DNA from: Antedon mediterranea
Taxonomy: Eukaryota; Animalia; Echinodermata
Direction of reading: 5' to 3'
Length of the DNA stretch: 64,000 bases
NCBI RefSeq assembly: GCF_964355755.1
Contig: NC_092679.1
Span: 4,804,201-4,868,200, forward strand
Shown here: one piece after another, positions 61,001-64,000 of the stretch
How positions within the stretch are numbered: the first letter of the stretch is position 1
Layout: the number at the start of each line of letters is the position of its first letter
Position numbers and translations under genes: made by a program
The notes under the pieces: model-generated
What the model saw: the letters and a program-made list of their open reading frames with translations, nothing else
Databases searched by the model: none
What the model was told of the DNA's origin: nothing

Positions 61001-64000
61001 TTAATTGTAGATATGCTAGTAGTTAAAGATATCGCATCACCGTCGAATTCTCTTCTTGGTGTCACCGCCGGCAGCACAACAAACTCGAATGAACTTTCTA
61101 CCCAACAAATAACTTTCATCTCAACTTTTGAAGAAGGAACTGTTATAGACAATCACGAACTCAATACTGACATAAAAGTAACCACAATAACAAGAAGTGA
61201 CTTGACTGAAAACGCCGATGACGTTATGACCATACAAGAGACAATTCTCTCAACTGACGGTAAGTTCTTTTTCAGAAGTCCTACCCTGTCTTGTCGATGA
61301 TGACATATTCTGATATAATTCATCAAGATCTGGCGCCATTATTATAACATAGTAAATCAACACGAACCTATAGGTTATCACAAATCCTACAGCAATAGCA
61401 ATTCAAATTATTAGTTTTCTTTCTGTACTGTATAATTTCACATTATATTTCAGTCAATTTTGAAGCTGAATCACCAAATTTTCTTCTATTGCCTGTAGTA
61501 GTAATGATTATCTTATAACCAAACTACCTTTAAATGATAAAAAAAGATACAAAAATATGACTGAATAAAATTATTGACATAACAAAATAAGAACCCATTC
61601 TTATTTGTGGTGTTGTAGTAAACAGTCCACGAATAATCTTTAATGATTTAAAAAAATACAATAACACATTGCAACATTTATGTAATTTGTTTAGACATTT
61701 GTAAAGGTTCTAAAGAAAGAATTTACAGTAAGTTCCAAGAATTACAATCTTCCTAAATTTCGGTAACAAACTCTACGTTGATTGTAGATATGCTAGAAGT
61801 TGAAGATACCGCATCACCATCGAATTCACTTCTTGGTGTCACCGGCAGCACATCAAACTCGAATAAACTTTCTACCCAACAAATAATTTCCATCTCAAAT
61901 GTTGAAGAAAGAAGAACTGTTAAAGACAACCACGAACTCAATACTGACCTAACCGTAACCACAGTAACAAGAAGTGACTCGACTGAAAACGCCGATGACG
62001 TTACGACCATACAAGAGACAATTCTCTCAACTGACGGTAAGTTCTTTTTCTGTAGTCCTACTCTGTCTTGTCGATGATGACATATTCTGATATAATTCAT
62101 CAAGATCTGGCGCCATTATTATAACATAGTAAATCAACACGAACCTATAGGTTATCACAAATCCTACAGCAATAGCAATTCAAATTATTAGTTTACTTTC
62201 TGTACTGTATAATTTCACATTATATTTCAGTCAATTTTGAAGCTGAATCACCAATTTTTTCTTCTATTGCCTGTAGTAGTAATAATTATCTTATAACCCA
62301 ACCACCTTTAAATGATAAAAAAAGATACGAAAATATGACTGAACAAAATTATTGACATAACAAAATAAGAACCCATTCTTATTTGTGGTGTTGTAGTAAA
62401 TAGTCCACAAATAATGTTATAACCCATGGCAACCATCTTTAAAATGATTTTAAAAAGATACAATAACACATTGCAACATTTATGTAATTTATTTAGACAT
62501 TTGTAAAGGTTCTAAAGAAAGAATTTACAGTAAGTTCCAAGAATTACAATCTTCCTAAATTTCGGTAACAAACTCTACGTTGATTGTAGATATGCTAGAA
62601 GTTGAAGATACCGCATCACCATCGAATTCACTTCTTGGTGTCACCGGCAGCACATCAAACTCGAATAAACTTTCTACCCAACAAATAATTTCCATCTCAA
62701 ATGTTGAAGAAAGAAGAACTGTTAAAGACAACCACGAACTCAATACTGACCTAACCGTAACCACAGTAACAAGAAGTGACTCGACTGAAAACGCCGATGA
62801 CGTTACGACCATACAAGAGACAATTCTCTCAACTGACGGTAAGTTCTTTTTCTGTAGTCCTACTCTGTCTTGTCGATGATGACATATTCTGATATAATTC
62901 ATCAAGATCTGGCGCCATTATTATAACATAGTAAATCAACACGAACCTATAGGTTATCACAAATCCTACAGCAATAGCAATTCAAATTATTAGTTTACTT
63001 TCTGTACTGTATAATTTCACATTATATTTCAGTCAATTTTGAAGCTGAATTACCAAATTTTTCTATTATTGTTGTTTCTGAAACAACAATTGTCAAAGTT
63101 TCTACTATGGCTAAAGAGAGTGTCACAGGTCAGTAATGAAAAACTAGAAGTAAAAATAAGTACGTACTTAAATTTAACATAATTGTAATATAGGCTGTAC
63201 TTTCAGTTTTCTTAATTTTCATCTACGTATTAATCAACTGCTCGTTAGACTATGATAATTGAATTGATATAGGTAGATTCACTCCAGTGTCTAGTGTACT
63301 CCATATAACCCAACTTTGTGAACCCATAGAGCTCCGAAGAACGTTTTCGAAAATAAAGGCCTAACTAATCAATTTTTTAGATGGACCATACAAACTTATT
63401 GCAAGATTGACTGAAGCAGAACAAAAAACTAAACAAAAAACTGTGTAAGTTTAATGGTAAATGATTGAACGTTAAAGGTATTTATATTTGTTCAGACTTA
63501 ACCGGAAACTGAGGAAATTCGAATTGAGCCTTTCACGGACCCACGGCAGTCAGCCCCCTACTCTTTGCGAATACCAAGTTCTTTAACATACACTATGTAC
63601 ACGGAAACAACGACTTTCCGTCCCATCCGAAGGGCGCGTAAATGAGAGAAAATTATCTTGGTGGATACAGTTATGATGGTACAAATATGCTCGGGCACCC
63701 ATACCTATCACATGCGTCCGATAGTATCATTACACAATTACTCTAGATCTCCGGTACATACATCACCCGCCGCGAGGCGGTCTCCCATCTTCCAGAATGC
63801 AACCCTTGACCTGACGAGAGAACCGGTTCTTCAACGCGGTATTATTGAATTATTATTATATACATTATAATAAAAGACAACCCGTTTTGTTCTTTTACTA
63901 TCACTACCTAGATCTTCAAGTACTGTCGATATTTTCATAATGTGAACTTACTTAAAAATATTTCTATTATTCTATTATATATAAAATTCTATTTTCAGAG
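55068..64000 (+). CDS. LDLa-repeat adhesion GPCR, gene C (3' part beyond the window)
   Basis: Signal exon 55068-55113. Nine LDLa exons: 55273-55377, 55700-55816, 56216-56329, 56729-56845, 57114-57230, 57992-58105, 58466-58579, 59628-59729, 60387-60503. Three stalk exons 61011-61259, 61788-62036, 62590-62838. Then 63033-63128, 63381-63444, and the next exon starts at 63999. Colinear with gene B. Confidence 0.88.
60720..63060 (+). repeat. Tandem triplication (~780-800 bp units) of the stalk exon
   Basis: Units start at CCTGTAGTAG near 60719, 61492 and 62270; units 2 and 3 are almost identical. Confidence 0.93.

Overview
AT-rich, intron-containing animal genomic DNA, probably an invertebrate deuterostome such as an echinoderm (taxon is a guess). 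The left ~7 kb holds the 5' part of a THADA/Trm732 orthologue on the minus strand. Head-to-head with it is a plus-strand tandem array of adhesion-class GPCR genes: signal peptide, LDL-receptor class A (LDLa) modules each on its own phase-1 exon, Ser/Thr stalk, short GAIN-B/GPS (HL|TSFVVLM), 7TM. Gene A (8850-29699) has a four-fold duplicated, rearranged 5' end. Gene B (35224-46017) looks intact (~877 aa, 9 LDLa). Gene C (55068 to past the window end) has 9 LDLa and a triplicated stalk exon, and a decayed LDLa relic lies at ~32.3 kb. The paralogues differ in module number, one intron, remodelled LDLa exons, C-terminal tail and possible alternative terminal exons. Transposable elements are dense: a LINE with intact ORF2, LINE fragments, a Helitron containing a 3.4-kb foldback, Helentron-type elements, Harbinger and Tc1/mariner-type MITEs, Deu-domain SINEs, and Penelope-type hammerhead ribozyme motifs. 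All gene models were built by eye from splice signals and remembered homology; no alignments or searches were run.
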